DNA of 55,782 nucleotides, filler included, from Fonticula-like sp. SCN 57-25 (GCA_001724245.1; 2 parts of 2 records of this genome joined end to end with filler, not necessarily neighbours in it), one strand, 5' to 3'; counted from the first letter of the whole stretch, positions 1 through 11,331 are shown. Numbers and translations: made by a program. The notes: generated from the letters alone by a model not told the origin.

Positions 1-90
1 GCCTCGCTCTCCACCTTCCAGCAGATGTGGATCTCGAAGCAGGAGTACGACGAGTCTGGCCCGTCCATCGTCCACCGCAAGTGCTTCTAA
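1..90 (+). CDS. ACT: Actin, C-terminal end (partial)
   Basis: Frame 1 reads ASLSTFQQMWISKQEYDESGPSIVHRKCF*, the canonical actin C-terminus. Confidence 0.98.
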   Translation, partial: ASLSTFQQMWISKQEYDESGPSIVHRKCF

Positions 91-272
91 GCGCACGGCT
101 TTTGTACTCTGCCCCATGTGCATCAATAGAAAAAGAAAAACAACAATCCTAGACTTTTCTCTTTAAAGGCCAGTGCACAAGAAATCATAGAAAGTATCGT
201 TCTTTATTGTACAAAAAACATCTCTTGAGGAGCGTTAAACAGGTATCTGTATTGCAAATAACAAGGCGATAT

Positions 273-1325
273 CTAGTTAGGAAGACGTACGGCGGTGACG
301 GCTATAGTTCCGTCTTTACGAGCCACAGCCACCCGCCCCGTATCTAAAGGATGAAAGAGGACATGGGTAATAGAAAGGGTCCATGGCTTGTGCAATCTAT
401 CGTCGCGCATGGTAATCCTCGTCGCAACAAAGCCGGTTTTATAGTCGTAAATTACACCGTCTCCTTGAGCGCTGCCCGACGCGATCCAGCGTCCCTGCCG
501 AGGGCTAATATCACACACAATCTTCTCCGCCCCTGTTGTGTGAAGGGCAAACCGTCGCTTTGGTTTTTGCAGCTCCCTGTAAGGTGCCTTGGCATTAAAC
601 ACGGCGATAAAGTCGTGCAGCGTCTGGGCTGCAAAAGAATTTCCCGACGGGTGCGCGCAAAGCCCGGTCACGCCCGCGCGCTCGTCACCAAATGGCTGAT
701 TGGAGAGAAGAGCGCCGCTCTCCAGGTCCCATACGCCCAGTGTGCGGTCCGCCGCATTCCGCTCGACATTACTTGACGCGACGACGACGGCATCATTGTC
801 GAGGTGCAGATGGTCCTGAATGCGCACAGCAAGGGGCATTTCCCGCACCTTCTTACCCGACCGAGTGTCAAATAAAAGGACGCCTTTTGACGATGTACCA
901 ACGCTGAACAGGAACGAGTGCTGCGGATGAGCACGCAACGACATGGCAGTGCCTTGCAAGCAAAAGTCCTGCAAACGGCGTCCCGTCATTCCATCGTTCA
1001 TGCGAATAAGCCCGTCATACCCGCCCGACACAATAGCCGAGCCGTCAGAGGTAAAGCAAAGCGCGAGGACAGGGGCGCGGTGCTTTACACTATAGAATTG
1101 ATGACGACCCGAGGGCTCCCACGCTCGCACAACGCCGTCCGAGCCGCCAGTCACCAAAAATGCTCCCCGAGTGGGCTCCCAGCTCATTGCAGCGATTTGG
1201 CTCCCATGGCAACCAGGTTCAAATGAAGCTTCTTCGTCATTGTCGCTCGAAGCAGAGGGCGATGGTGGAGCGGGATCGTCGATGCGACGCCGCTTGGCCA
1301 CATACGGCCGCAGCTCGCCGCTCAT
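273..1325 (-). CDS. WDR25: WD40-repeat protein, WDR25-like (Prp17/CDC40-related propeller)
   Basis: Intronless 350-aa ORF with WD repeats (GGSDGVVRAW, GGYDGLIR, LGVWD, ASGSAQG). The segment FAAQTLHDFIAVFNAKAPYR resembles WDR25. Confidence 0.75.
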   Translation of the reverse strand: MSGELRPYVAKRRRIDDPAPPSPSASSDNDEEASFEPGCHGSQIAAMSWEPTRGAFLVTGGSDGVVRAWEPSGRHQFYSVKHRAPVLALCFTSDGSAIVSGGYDGLIRMNDGMTGRRLQDFCLQGTAMSLRAHPQHSFLFSVGTSSKGVLLFDTRSGKKVREMPLAVRIQDHLHLDNDAVVVASSNVERNAADRTLGVWDLESGALLSNQPFGDERAGVTGLCAHPSGNSFAAQTLHDFIAVFNAKAPYRELQKPKRRFALHTTGAEKIVCDISPRQGRWIASGSAQGDGVIYDYKTGFVATRITMRDDRLHKPWTLSITHVLFHPLDTGRVAVARKDGTIAVTAVRLPN

Positions 1326-1393
1326 TTCCCGCGCTCAAATATATCGCATGCGATTTTAAATAGTAGCTTATCCACGTGGACATACCGTCCGCC

Positions 1394-2875
1394 ATGGTTC
1401 TCTGGATCATCCCGCGCCGGACATGGCTTGTCGGCTACGTGCTTTTATGCTGTGTGCTTCTGTCTCTCTACAGCATTTCTACTCCCATAAGCGGAAATGC
1501 GTCTTTGCCTCCGCCGGGTGTTGATGCGGTTGGCCGAAAGGCTGGTGAAGGCCTTCATCGCCTTCCGACCAAGGTGGTGCCCGAAGTGCGTCCTTGGCCA
1601 ACGCGCCTGCCGGTCGCGCGGCCCACAACGATCTCTGAGGTGATTGCTGCGACGTTGCTTCCAACGGAGGAGAATGCGTTACCCACTCTATTCCCAACCG
1701 AAGCGCCTACAGTTGAAGGCCCCACCTCACCCCCCGAGACTGTGCAAGATCCTACACCTTCTGAGGCTGTGGAAGATCCTACACCTTCCGAGACTGTGGA
1801 AGATCCTACACCTTCCGAGACTGTGGAAGATCCTACACCTTCCGAGACTGTAGAAGATCCTACACCTTCGGAGTCTGCCGAAGATCCTACACCTTCGGAG
1901 ACCGCCGAAGATCCTACTTCACCTCCCGAGACCGCCGAAGATCCTACTTCACCCCCTGAGACCGAAGATCCTTCCTCACCTCCCGAGACCGTTAAAGATC
2001 CTACTTCATCTCCCGAGCCGCTAGCCGCCAGCGGTCTGCATTCAATGTATCCGCTTTCGGCTTCGAACCTTCCTCCTCTTGCGAGCAAGAAGCGCTATTG
2101 TATTTCGGTTCTTTCGTCCCCCCGCATTGATGCGGAAGGCAATGATCGCAGTGTGCTGGCGAGCTCTGTTGATCTTTTGGTGGCCGAGCTCGAGGGCCGC
2201 TGGGACGACGTGACGCTCGTGGTGTTTAATACGGCGAGCAACTGGTCGACATACGAGTCGATTCAGACGATCGCCAGCAAGCATCCGCAGCTGATCAGCG
2301 ACAGCCGCCTTATATTGGCGCGCCCGCCCTACGATGAGGGGCTCACGTGGCCAGCGTTGGAAGATCCGTCGCAGCTGCGCGTCTTTTTCAACGACCCGAT
2401 GGACCGCATTCTGTGGCGGTCCAAGACAGTGCTGGACTACTTGCACGCGCTGCACATGTGTTCAAACCTCGGCGACTATGTGCTCGCACTCGACGACGAC
2501 CTCATCCCGACATCACGCTTCCTCGACAAGGTCGACCAGTGGATCAGCACGCACAGCGATATTTCCGAGAGCCAATGGTTTGCAATCAACATGTTCACCA
2601 CGTTCAGGCACGCGGACGGGGAAGTCATTGTGCCGCCGTGCTGCAACCAGGCATACCTTATCCAGGCTGCGGACGTCCCGCTCTTTGACGCAACCCTGAG
2701 GCCCAAGTTTGACGAGGCGCCGCTCGACCTCTTGCTTGCGACCATGGCCAAGGATAGTGAGGATAAAAAGATGTATGGAATGATCCCGAGCTTGTTCCAG
2801 CACCAGTCGATTCTCTCGTCATTTGCCCAGAACGGGTTGAGGACGACCATTTCAAGCCCGTCATTTTTGCCATAA
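1394..2875 (+). CDS. Type II membrane glycosyltransferase, GT54/MGAT4-like, with a mucin-like P/T/S/E stalk
   Basis: N-terminal TM anchor, EDPTPSETV repeats, and motifs WRSKTVLDY, YVLALDDD and PSLFQH typical of MGAT4/GT54. First ATG is at 1394. Confidence 0.8.
   Translation: MVLWIIPRRTWLVGYVLLCCVLLSLYSISTPISGNASLPPPGVDAVGRKAGEGLHRLPTKVVPEVRPWPTRLPVARPTTISEVIAATLLPTEENALPTLFPTEAPTVEGPTSPPETVQDPTPSEAVEDPTPSETVEDPTPSETVEDPTPSETVEDPTPSESAEDPTPSETAEDPTSPPETAEDPTSPPETEDPSSPPETVKDPTSSPEPLAASGLHSMYPLSASNLPPLASKKRYCISVLSSPRIDAEGNDRSVLASSVDLLVAELEGRWDDVTLVVFNTASNWSTYESIQTIASKHPQLISDSRLILARPPYDEGLTWPALEDPSQLRVFFNDPMDRILWRSKTVLDYLHALHMCSNLGDYVLALDDDLIPTSRFLDKVDQWISTHSDISESQWFAINMFTTFRHADGEVIVPPCCNQAYLIQAADVPLFDATLRPKFDEAPLDLLLATMAKDSEDKKMYGMIPSLFQHQSILSSFAQNGLRTTISSPSFLP
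1735..2017 (+). repeat. Coding minisatellite: about 10 copies of a 27-30 bp unit (GAAGATCCTACACCTTCCGAGACTGTG)
   Basis: Directly visible tandem repeat encoding EDPTPSETV / EDPTSPPETA. Confidence 0.95.
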
Positions 2876-3165
2876 GTCGGCATTTTTTTGTCTAGCATCA
2901 TATCATGCGTTTATTATTATCACTTTGTATTACTTAGACTAATGTACCAGTAAGGCATTCCATAATAGTGTTCCGTAAACGCAAGCTGCGCGACCTATCC
3001 AGGACCTATCTGATCAAGTGTGCAAACTCGATTTAGTTTGCATCAGCAATTGGGCGGGAAAACCAAAACCGCGCCCACCAGCGGCTATCGACGGGCAAGC
3101 GAGGGTTTTTGCAGCCCTTCTTTAACGCCGTCCAGTTCCTGACTTTTTAAGCGGGGCTCTGGGTC

Positions 3166-5975
3166 ATGGCGGCGGTTTCGCGCAAGCGCCCTGCTGCGCT
3201 CGTGGTTCTCGAAGATGCTGCGCCAACAACGGAGAATGACGAGATTGAGTTTTTCGAGGCAGTCGCCGCGTTCCATGCGAGTACGAATGAAGGCGCGTCG
3301 CTCGAATATTCTCCTCTCCTCTTTGCCGGCACGCGCGTATACTGGATAGACGTTTATCGCGCTGTTGTTGCGCTTGGTGGCTGTGTTGCATCGACTGCGC
3401 AGCATGTCTGGTCCGATATTTGCGGACATCTTGGGGTACGCGATACTGGAAACCGGGACACATTTCTCTTTTTGTTTCGCGCACATTCCGCTAACTTTTG
3501 CTACGTATCAATTACAGATATCTCCCCGTTTTACGTATGCCGCGGCCTTTTTGCGTCACTGGTACATTCGGACTCTTTTCCCTTTTGAGCAGGTGTCTTC
3601 CTCGTTGCAGGTCGGGAACCCTTACGGCGATGCTCCTGTGACATCGACGCTGTTGCAAACGCGGACGTCGGACCCGACGCTCCCCATTGCAAACTCACCG
3701 GCTTTGAATAGTGGCGCTGTGTCGCTCACGTCGCTGCGCACGGAGCGTCAGCAACTCCTTTCCTTTTTGCGCCACGGCCGCCGTAGCCGGCTGGCCCTTT
3801 CGCTTGAAAGCGGCCTTCCCAACGAAGTAGACTGGGCGCTCGACGCCCTCATCCGCCTTTCGGCCCTTGTCGACGATCAGCTGGACATCTTTGAAAAGGT
3901 CCCGACGCTCTTTGACTCGCTCTTTCGGACCGTCGCCGGGTTCATGGCCCTGGAGATCACGGAAGAGAACGGCTTCATCGCTGCCGACTCTGGCTCCGAG
4001 TGGCCTTCCGTCGGGGACGCCACGAGCTTTGCGCAGGCGCCGTCCGACGTTCAGTCTGCCACGGTGGCGGCTGTGACGTCATGCAGCAGCTCAGACAACC
4101 CGACGCCGCCGCTGTCCATCGTGACACACCCATTTTGCGCTGGCAAGGTGCCTTCCTACGAGGCGCACCGTGTTGCTCAGATTGCACAGATGCTCGGCAA
4201 TTTCGGGAACCATGAACGGAGCGGGCCAACGACAGTGGCCGAGCAGCAGGTGCGTCGCTTCATCGAGCGCTGCATCATGCTGGACGGCCGCACAGAGCAC
4301 CTCGAATCCCGCCAAAAGGCGCTCGTCTACCTGCAAAACGTCGGCCACCTGCTCGTCCTGACGGTGCGCCGCACTGATTTCCATAGCCGCTTTTTTACTA
4401 ACCCGCTGCGCCATGCGCTGGCAGATATCCGACCTCTACTACCGCCGCCTTGCGAGTCTCGTGTTTTGCAATGACCGCCACCTCATTGCGGCTGCCCTTA
4501 CCGCTCTGTCGTCCGCGTGTCTCAACACAGAGAACGAGTCTCTGCTGCTTGCTATGGAGCCGCGGCTTCTTGAACACGCCGCCAACCTGCTTAGCGCAAC
4601 GACGCAGCACGGCGATGAGGAGCTCTCTCTGTGCATTCTCATGTTTTTCAACCGCTTCGTGTCGCTCAGCACGCTCTGCGCGCTGCGCGTCCTCAGCCTT
4701 CCGCACAACCATGTAATCAAAATTCTACTGTCCATCTTTATCGACGTGCGGCATCAAGGTCGGCCTGCCCGGCCCGCCGTTGGCGCCGTGAACGCGCGGG
4801 GCGCCGCGACTGCTCCGCAGGCGTCAGCCTCCGACGCGTCGCTTAGTGGCCGCGCCGCGGACGAGTGCATCAAGTGGCTTCTCGCACACTGCGAGCCCAA
4901 GCAGGACGGCGTGACGCCCGTGCTTCAGCTTTACGCCGACTACCGCGCGGCCACCAGGGGACAAGGTACGAACGAGAATCGCGGTATAATTTGCTCACCA
5001 GTGTCGCAGGCGACGAGGAGCCCGTCCCGAGGAGGACTTTCCACGCGTGCATCCAGACCGCTCTTCCGGAATCTTCACTGACTGTCGGAACGCACGAGGG
5101 CGTCGTTGAATATCCGCTCATATGATCGTTTTTGGTCTTTTTTCATGTCGTGTTGTGTACATATTGTGTCTTTGCTTTGCATGACGTGAATCTTATCGCT
5201 TTGCAGTTTGCTTCCTTAACCAGTGCTTACTCATCTAGCCCATGGCATTGTCGTCCGCACAACCGCTCTGCCGTCCGATCAAGTGGACACTCTCTTTGCG
5301 GCCATCAAGGCGCCCGAGTCGGCCGCGGCCAGCGCTCCCGGTGACGGCGAGGCAGATGAGGAGGGCGCTGAGGAGGAGCACCGCACGCTGCCGTCAGAGC
5401 TCCAGGACGTTGTGTCGCGAGCGGCCGCCGTGCTGCAGTCGCTCGAGCCGCGCCCCTTTGCGGGCGCCGCGTGCAGGTGGACCGTCGACGGCGCAGGTGC
5501 GCCGGTAGCCCATGGATTTGGTCACTTGCTGATACCGTTTTCAGAGTGCGGAAAGCGGTTCCGCTCGCTGCCGCTACTCCACGCCCACGTGGTATCCGCG
5601 CACATTGCCCAAGGCGCCGCTGCGTCCGAATGTGCCTGGCTGCGCTGCCAGCATGCGTGCCAGTCGCATTCGGCGCTCGCCGGCCACATCGTTTCGCACT
5701 TTCCCCTCGCGACGCCGAGCGCGCCCGTCGGCAGCACTGACGCGAGGCCAGAGCCCGACTCTATTTACAGCCTCTCGGCGTACGACCCGCAGGTTCTTTC
5801 GCCAGAGGCGTACATGGCCGCCTGCGTCGTCTACCTCATCGCGCGCTACCCAGAGTCGCACGAATTCATCCAGGACCTCATCGAGCCTACCCTCTTTGAG
5901 ATCGCCCAGCGAAAGCTCAGCCCAACGGCGAGATACTCGGTCGAGATTCTCGCAATGTTCAACGGCGCCGTGTAA
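3166..5975 (+). CDS. ARID2: ARID2/BAF200/Rsc9-like PBAF/RSC subunit. Exons 3166-3435, 3518-4363, 4425-4965, 5010-5109, 5231-5975 (833 aa)
   Basis: N-terminal ARID, SLESGLPNEVDWAL motif, ARM region, RFX-like winged helix, two C2H2-like fingers. Three GT-AG introns plus one AT-AC intron give a continuous 2502-nt frame. Confidence 0.88.
5110..5230 (+). other. U12-type (minor spliceosome) AT-AC intron in ARID2
   Basis: Donor ATATCCGC, branch point TTCCTTAAC (5212-5220) 10 nt before the terminal AC. Excision restores the frame (VVD/HLAHGIV); no in-phase GT donor exists in exon 4. Confidence 0.88.
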
Positions 5976-6296
5976 CGATATGTCGATAAACCAGTTGCTG
6001 TGTGAAATCAACGCACTATTTATACATTTTTTGATTATAAACTAATGTCAAACGTGCACATCTAAAAGGTTGCTCTGATTGGACTCGTAGGCAAGCGAAA
6101 AAGTTCATTCGAAAAATTGTATTGCGGTCATAATTGACTGACAAGGTACGTCGAAAGCGAAGCAAAGCTACCACAAATGTACAACAAAAGAAATGAATGC
6201 ATACATCCTTATAATCAACTAGCGAGGTAAAACTACAAACGCAAAAAAAGTGTGCACTAAAAAAAGATACATACATACATCAAAGACCAAATGAGT

Positions 6297-7150
6297 CTAG
6301 TATGCTTGCTGAAAGCGATGCTCATTGGCAATGGTCAAAGACGGCGACGAGGGGCTGACCACGCGCCCGCGCTCGGTGCCATCTGCATGAAAAACGTGAT
6401 TCTGGGCGCACGGGTTCGGAGCACGCGAAGGCGGGGTAGCTACTCAAGAGACATGAGTACGCGGAAAGGGTATCAGGGAGAATAGAAAGGATCACAATAA
6501 AGGAAACACAAAAGGCAGAATACTAGTGTATCAGAGAGGGCAAGTGTTGATCTCACTATGAAAAAGACCCGCTCTCTACCGCGAGAGTCGGTGAACTCTA
6601 ACGTCAAACAAGTCTGGTGTAGTCATCATAACTAATAGCATGCCTATACAAATACTCGACACTAAAGGTCCCGGTCCCGCAACATACCTTGGAAGAAAGC
6701 CTCGTTCGCGCGCGCCGAAGAGCGACCAATCTCGATAGGCGACGCGGTCGAGCTCGCAGGCGAATACGACGAACGAGAGAGAACCAGTCCACCGTCGCTG
6801 CTGCTAGACTCGAGGTCCGACTCGCCGCTACTAAAGAGAATGTCGTGCAGTTCCTCATAGGCCATAAAGTGTTCATCGTCGACAGAGAGCATCCGGCGCA
6901 TGGCGATACCGGCGGTGGGGCTTGCCACCGAGCTGGTAGGCGCAGAAAGAACCGGCGCAAACGTCGTGTTATGCGTGGCCATCGAGCTGAATGTACGACG
7001 CGGCTTGAGGGGCTTGGGCGCAAAGACGGCAGGGGCCCGGTGATGAAGCGTGTCCAAGTCGGCAAAACTGTCGGCTCGACGGCAGATGGGTGAAGACACC
7101 CGCTCAGAATGGAAACCCGTTGAAGAAGACGGGCGCCTATGCAATTCCAT
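6297..7150 (-). CDS. Ser-rich hypothetical protein, two exons (7150-6688, 6382-6297)
   Basis: ORF 6662-7150 plus GTATGT donor (6687) and CAG acceptor (6383), giving ...NEAFFQ/DGTERGRVVSPSSPSLTIANEHRFQQAY*. Confidence 0.6.
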
Positions 7151-7836
7151 GATAAACTACTACTCAAACCCCGGGTTAGACCTCTGCTGACGCACACGGG
7201 CAATACAACACGTCATTCCAGGAAAACAAAGCAACCATCCATCCACCGACCACGCATCCAACCCCAGCCAGAAACCTCAATCCATCCGTACCAACTAAAT
7301 CAACGGGATGGGTAGTCCCGGCTAATGGATGACTAAGAAATAACGAAGATATAAACCAAAAGATGCACAACCAACTGTGGATGCGCGTCCGGCCGAGCAG
7401 GTATCTTGAAGGAGGGTTGATAAGATGGATGCTCAAGCCGTCGCAACAATCAACGCATGCGCAGAACAATCAGACGCCTCGTCGACGACGGATGACTCGC
7501 GTAGACGAGTCCACGCCCAAGGGCGGGTTCTGGATGGCTGGTCACCGAAAGGGTGTGGGAAAGGGGGCGAACAAAGTGCACGCTGGATGCGATGGATGCC
7601 CACGACAAGTTCTGACCCGCCAAATAAACCGTCGCATGCTGATTCGTCAACCAGGGATGACATAATCCTGATGACGTAGGGTCGCAAACCGACGTCTAGT
7701 TTGCAATCCCCTTGTCTGCTTTGCCAAACACAGAGTAGTGATCGCACTCGGCGAGCCCACTGAGACGACACCCGACGACCGCCGGATCTCTGTCAAATTA
7801 GGCACGGCCATTGAGGATCCCTTTGCTTGGCCGGAG

Positions 7837-9296
7837 ATGACGCACCGCGGCGAGCCGCGGTGGGAGGTAGGTGGTGCGTCTTGAATCGTGTATGCTGACT
7901 GCCAACTAAAGTTTGTGGGGTAGGCGGTGGCGGCGGCGGTGGCAGTGGCCTGGGGCGGGTCCCCGTGCTTGACTTGAAGCCCGGCGCGCATCTAGGCCAG
8001 TTTGTGATTGGGATGTCGCTTAATGATGTTATTTCCCGTCTTCGTAATGATGGTGCGGGGCTGCCTGCGGGCCCCGTTGAGGTGGCGTACAGCTCTTTCA
8101 GCCTGCTAGACTATGACATTCAAATGACGCTTCCCCATGTCGGGATACGTCTCTACTTTGACAGCGCGTGCCAGCGCCTTGCACACGTGGAAGCGTTTGC
8201 GCTGGACCGCGTTCGTCTCGTGCTTAACCGCCAGAACTTGATAAATGCGCCCGACGCGCGCCTCACGCTCGAGATGACGGCGCATCACTTTGGCCCGACA
8301 CAGCCCGGCGGCATCCACGGATCCACCTATGTCCTCCCCTACCGCGGGCTCAGCGTCGCCTACCACCTTTCTCGGGGCGAGCGCGACGCGAATGATCTTG
8401 CCAACTCGCTTGTCGCGACGCGCCTCGCTGTGAGCAGCCCGTCGCTGCCGTCACACTTTGCCGGTTCGCTATCGACGCCGGTCGACGCGACGGGGATGAC
8501 GCTCCACATGCCCGAGCCGTGCGCGCTGTGCGACACGCGAGGGGACGTCATCCCGTGTCTGCACGTCCTATGCGCTGACCCGACCGCCATCCGCGTCGGT
8601 TCGCCGTCGGGCCCGCGCATCGCCATCGGCGACGCCTGCCAGGATGTGCTCGCCGTGCTCGGCGCGCCCGACAGCCAGTTTGTTTACACCGGCCCGCCGC
8701 TAGCTGTCGGGACAGTGGATCCGGCCGGCGAAAGCGCGGTTCCCTTGAAGGCAAGCAGCGCGTCCGTCGAGCGCAATTACTTTTACAACTACTTTCGCTT
8801 TGGCATCGACGTGCTCCTAGACGCGGCGACGCACAGAGTGCTCAAGATTATCTTTCACACAAACCTCCCCGGCTACCACGATTTTGCGCTCTACCAGAAA
8901 GCCAACTTTGCCATCGAGGTGCTGCCGATCGGCGCGGCCCGCGAGTCGCCCGCGCCTCCACCGCCGCCGGAAACCGGCGCCGATGACGACGGCACAGAGA
9001 CACCCGCGGCGGCGGCGGTAGTGGGTGACCTGCTTGGCATTGAGGACCTGGCCCCGCAGGTGCCGCGGCGCGCGTCGGTCGTCACCACGCGGCCGTACGA
9101 CCCCATCATTGTTGGGCCCGATACGAGGTGGTTCAACCTACAGAACCTGCTCGGCAAGACGCAAGCGACGGAAAAGGTAATAGAGCTTGACCTGCGCGGG
9201 TACACGGGGCGAAAAACCCGCACGCTTCACGGCCACGAGAACCTCATATTCGAGATCATCGACGAGGAGCATATCTCAGCCATTACGCTATTCTGA
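7837..9296 (+). CDS. PHAF1: PHAF1/C16orf70 (UPF0183) family protein; one 5' intron (about 7874-7923)
   Basis: Motifs LGQFVIGMSL, GIRLYFDSACQRL, FGPTQPG, GDACQDVLAVLGAP, YFYNYFRFGIDVLLD, KIIFHTNLPGYHDF and terminal ITLF. Confidence 0.85.
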
Positions 9297-9603
9297 CCTT
9301 GCGCCTCCTGTGATCAATGCCGTTAATTCTTGGCGTTATAGGCATCCATGTTTGTACTTTTTTGCTGTGCATGTAAAATAATATATATATTTTATTGCCC
9401 AATACTCTTTCTTTTCTTCGTTTCACGCGGCTCAGCCGCTGGTTGGCCGCCGACGGATCTCAGGATCTTTTTGGATTCGCTGGCCGCCGCCCATTGGCCC
9501 GCCAATCCTTTCAGTTTGCAGTTTGCATATGATGTCAGACTGATTTTTTTCTTTGCCTTTGCTGTTTGCACTGGCAAAGCTGATCTATCACTTCAGTTGT
9601 TTG

Positions 9604-11331
9604 ATGAGTTTAGTGAGCGTCGCTACTAGGTTCGCGCAGCCGTCCCGGGGTCTCCCTCTGTTTCTCCTCTTTCTATGCGTTTCGAGCACGCCAGTCTCCG
9701 TCTTTGACGCCGCCCCGGTGTGGGCGCACTACCACTCGTACGACGCGTCGTTTAAGGGTCGGGTAATCTCGGAAGTCCCCGAGTACCTCTCGAGTCACAG
9801 CCGTGTGAGCGCCGGCGCGTCCATCAATGGCGCTTTTCTCTCCGCAGTGTCTTCCGACCACGGCCACGGTGTCGAGTCGATCATTTGGTCGGTTTCGTCG
9901 GATGGGTCGACGCGCGCCCTTGCTCGCGACCTCGGCGAGTGCAATTCCGACATTCCCGCGTCGCGCTTTGGCAGCTCGCTTGCCCTCTTTGTGTGCCGCC
10001 TCACCATCAATGGGACCGAGGTTGTCTTTTCGTCGGACGCTACCGCGCGCGGCACGCGCCCCTTCTTCACGCCCGACAACTCTGCCGATCACAAGATCAC
10101 GAGCGTCGTTACCTGCGGCGATTCCGCCATGGTCGCGGCCCGCCATGGTGCGCAGATGAGCGTGTGGTCCCTCCGCCTGGACGGCTCCATCTCTGCGTTC
10201 GTGTCGCTCCCTCTGCCGTCGCCGTCGTCGTGGCTGCGCTTCCTCACTTGCCCCGGCCCAGCGAGCGACGGCGTCGCCGCCATCGTCGGGACGACCGACG
10301 ACGACTCGGGCGCCGGCAGCGCCGGCACCCCGCTTCTCGTGTCATTCGTTCCTGGCGGCATCGGTATCCTCACTGTTTTGACGTTTAACCAGCCTGTCGG
10401 CCATGTGGCGCGCATTGGGTCTGATTACGTTCTTGCGGGCGACCTCGCGGGCCGCTCTGCCGTGCGGTGGAGCACTCGGACAGGGGCGTCGTCGGCGGTG
10501 TGGGAGGCGCGCGAGGCCGGCGAGGCGATGATTGCGGGCGTCGCGCGCATCAGCGCAACAGAGGCAGTGCTCCTGGTGCACCGCGGTGACGGCGCGCCGG
10601 ACACGGTGCTGCGCGTTACCTTTTCCGATGACGACGGCGACGGCATGGCCGGTGCCGCCGTCGCCACGGCAAGCATCCTCACCGACATGCACGCGCGCGG
10701 CCTGTCGCTCAGCATGCGCGTCGCGCCGCCGACTTCGGCCGCGGCGCTCGGCGCTGTTGTGTTTGTGGCCGAGTCGGACGTTCGCGCCGAGCTGTGGGTG
10801 ACAAAGGGCGGCGACAGCGACGCGACCGCGCTCCACACTCTGCCGCCGCTGCACAGCGTATCGAGCCTTACGTGCGTCGACGGCGCCGTGTTTGTCGACG
10901 CTTTGCAGCCCGAGGCCGACGGCGGCGCGCGCGTCATTGCCGTGACGCTTGGCTCGCTTGAAACGGCGCGCGTCGTGTACGACCTGGGCGTCGTGGGCAA
11001 GGACGTGGCCGCGAGCGGTCAGTTTAGCGTGTTTTCCAATGACGTCTTTTTTGCGGGCGAGGTCGTTCCGCCGACGCTCCCGACGTGCGAGCCGATCAAG
11101 GAGGTGTGCCCGTCATGCGAGGAGCTGCCGGGCGAGGGTCTTATGATCATTGCGCAGGCCGCGTTCGCCGCGCTCGTCGTCATGGCGGTCGTCATGCCCA
11201 TCGTCCTGTCGCTCATCGGTATCCTCGTCGGGTACCGCTACGAGCGCAACAGGATGCACGGCGTGACGCCAAAGGAGCAGGAGATGGCGCTCATCAACGC
11301 GGCGGCGCTTGAGGAGGCCGAGCAGGACTGA
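9604..11331 (+). CDS. Single-pass type I membrane protein with a probable beta-propeller ectodomain
   Basis: Signal-peptide-like N-terminus, beta-rich repeats (AELWVTKGG, DVFFAGE), CEPIKEVCPSC, C-terminal TM and short tail. Intronless. Confidence 0.65.
   Translation: MSLVSVATRFAQPSRGLPLFLLFLCVSSTPVSVFDAAPVWAHYHSYDASFKGRVISEVPEYLSSHSRVSAGASINGAFLSAVSSDHGHGVESIIWSVSSDGSTRALARDLGECNSDIPASRFGSSLALFVCRLTINGTEVVFSSDATARGTRPFFTPDNSADHKITSVVTCGDSAMVAARHGAQMSVWSLRLDGSISAFVSLPLPSPSSWLRFLTCPGPASDGVAAIVGTTDDDSGAGSAGTPLLVSFVPGGIGILTVLTFNQPVGHVARIGSDYVLAGDLAGRSAVRWSTRTGASSAVWEAREAGEAMIAGVARISATEAVLLVHRGDGAPDTVLRVTFSDDDGDGMAGAAVATASILTDMHARGLSLSMRVAPPTSAAALGAVVFVAESDVRAELWVTKGGDSDATALHTLPPLHSVSSLTCVDGAVFVDALQPEADGGARVIAVTLGSLETARVVYDLGVVGKDVAASGQFSVFSNDVFFAGEVVPPTLPTCEPIKEVCPSCEELPGEGLMIIAQAAFAALVVMAVVMPIVLSLIGILVGYRYERNRMHGVTPKEQEMALINAAALEEAEQD

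Noticed and set aside
1735-2017. CRISPR-like array
   Set aside because: Contiguous in-frame coding repeats with no unique spacers, in a eukaryotic gene.
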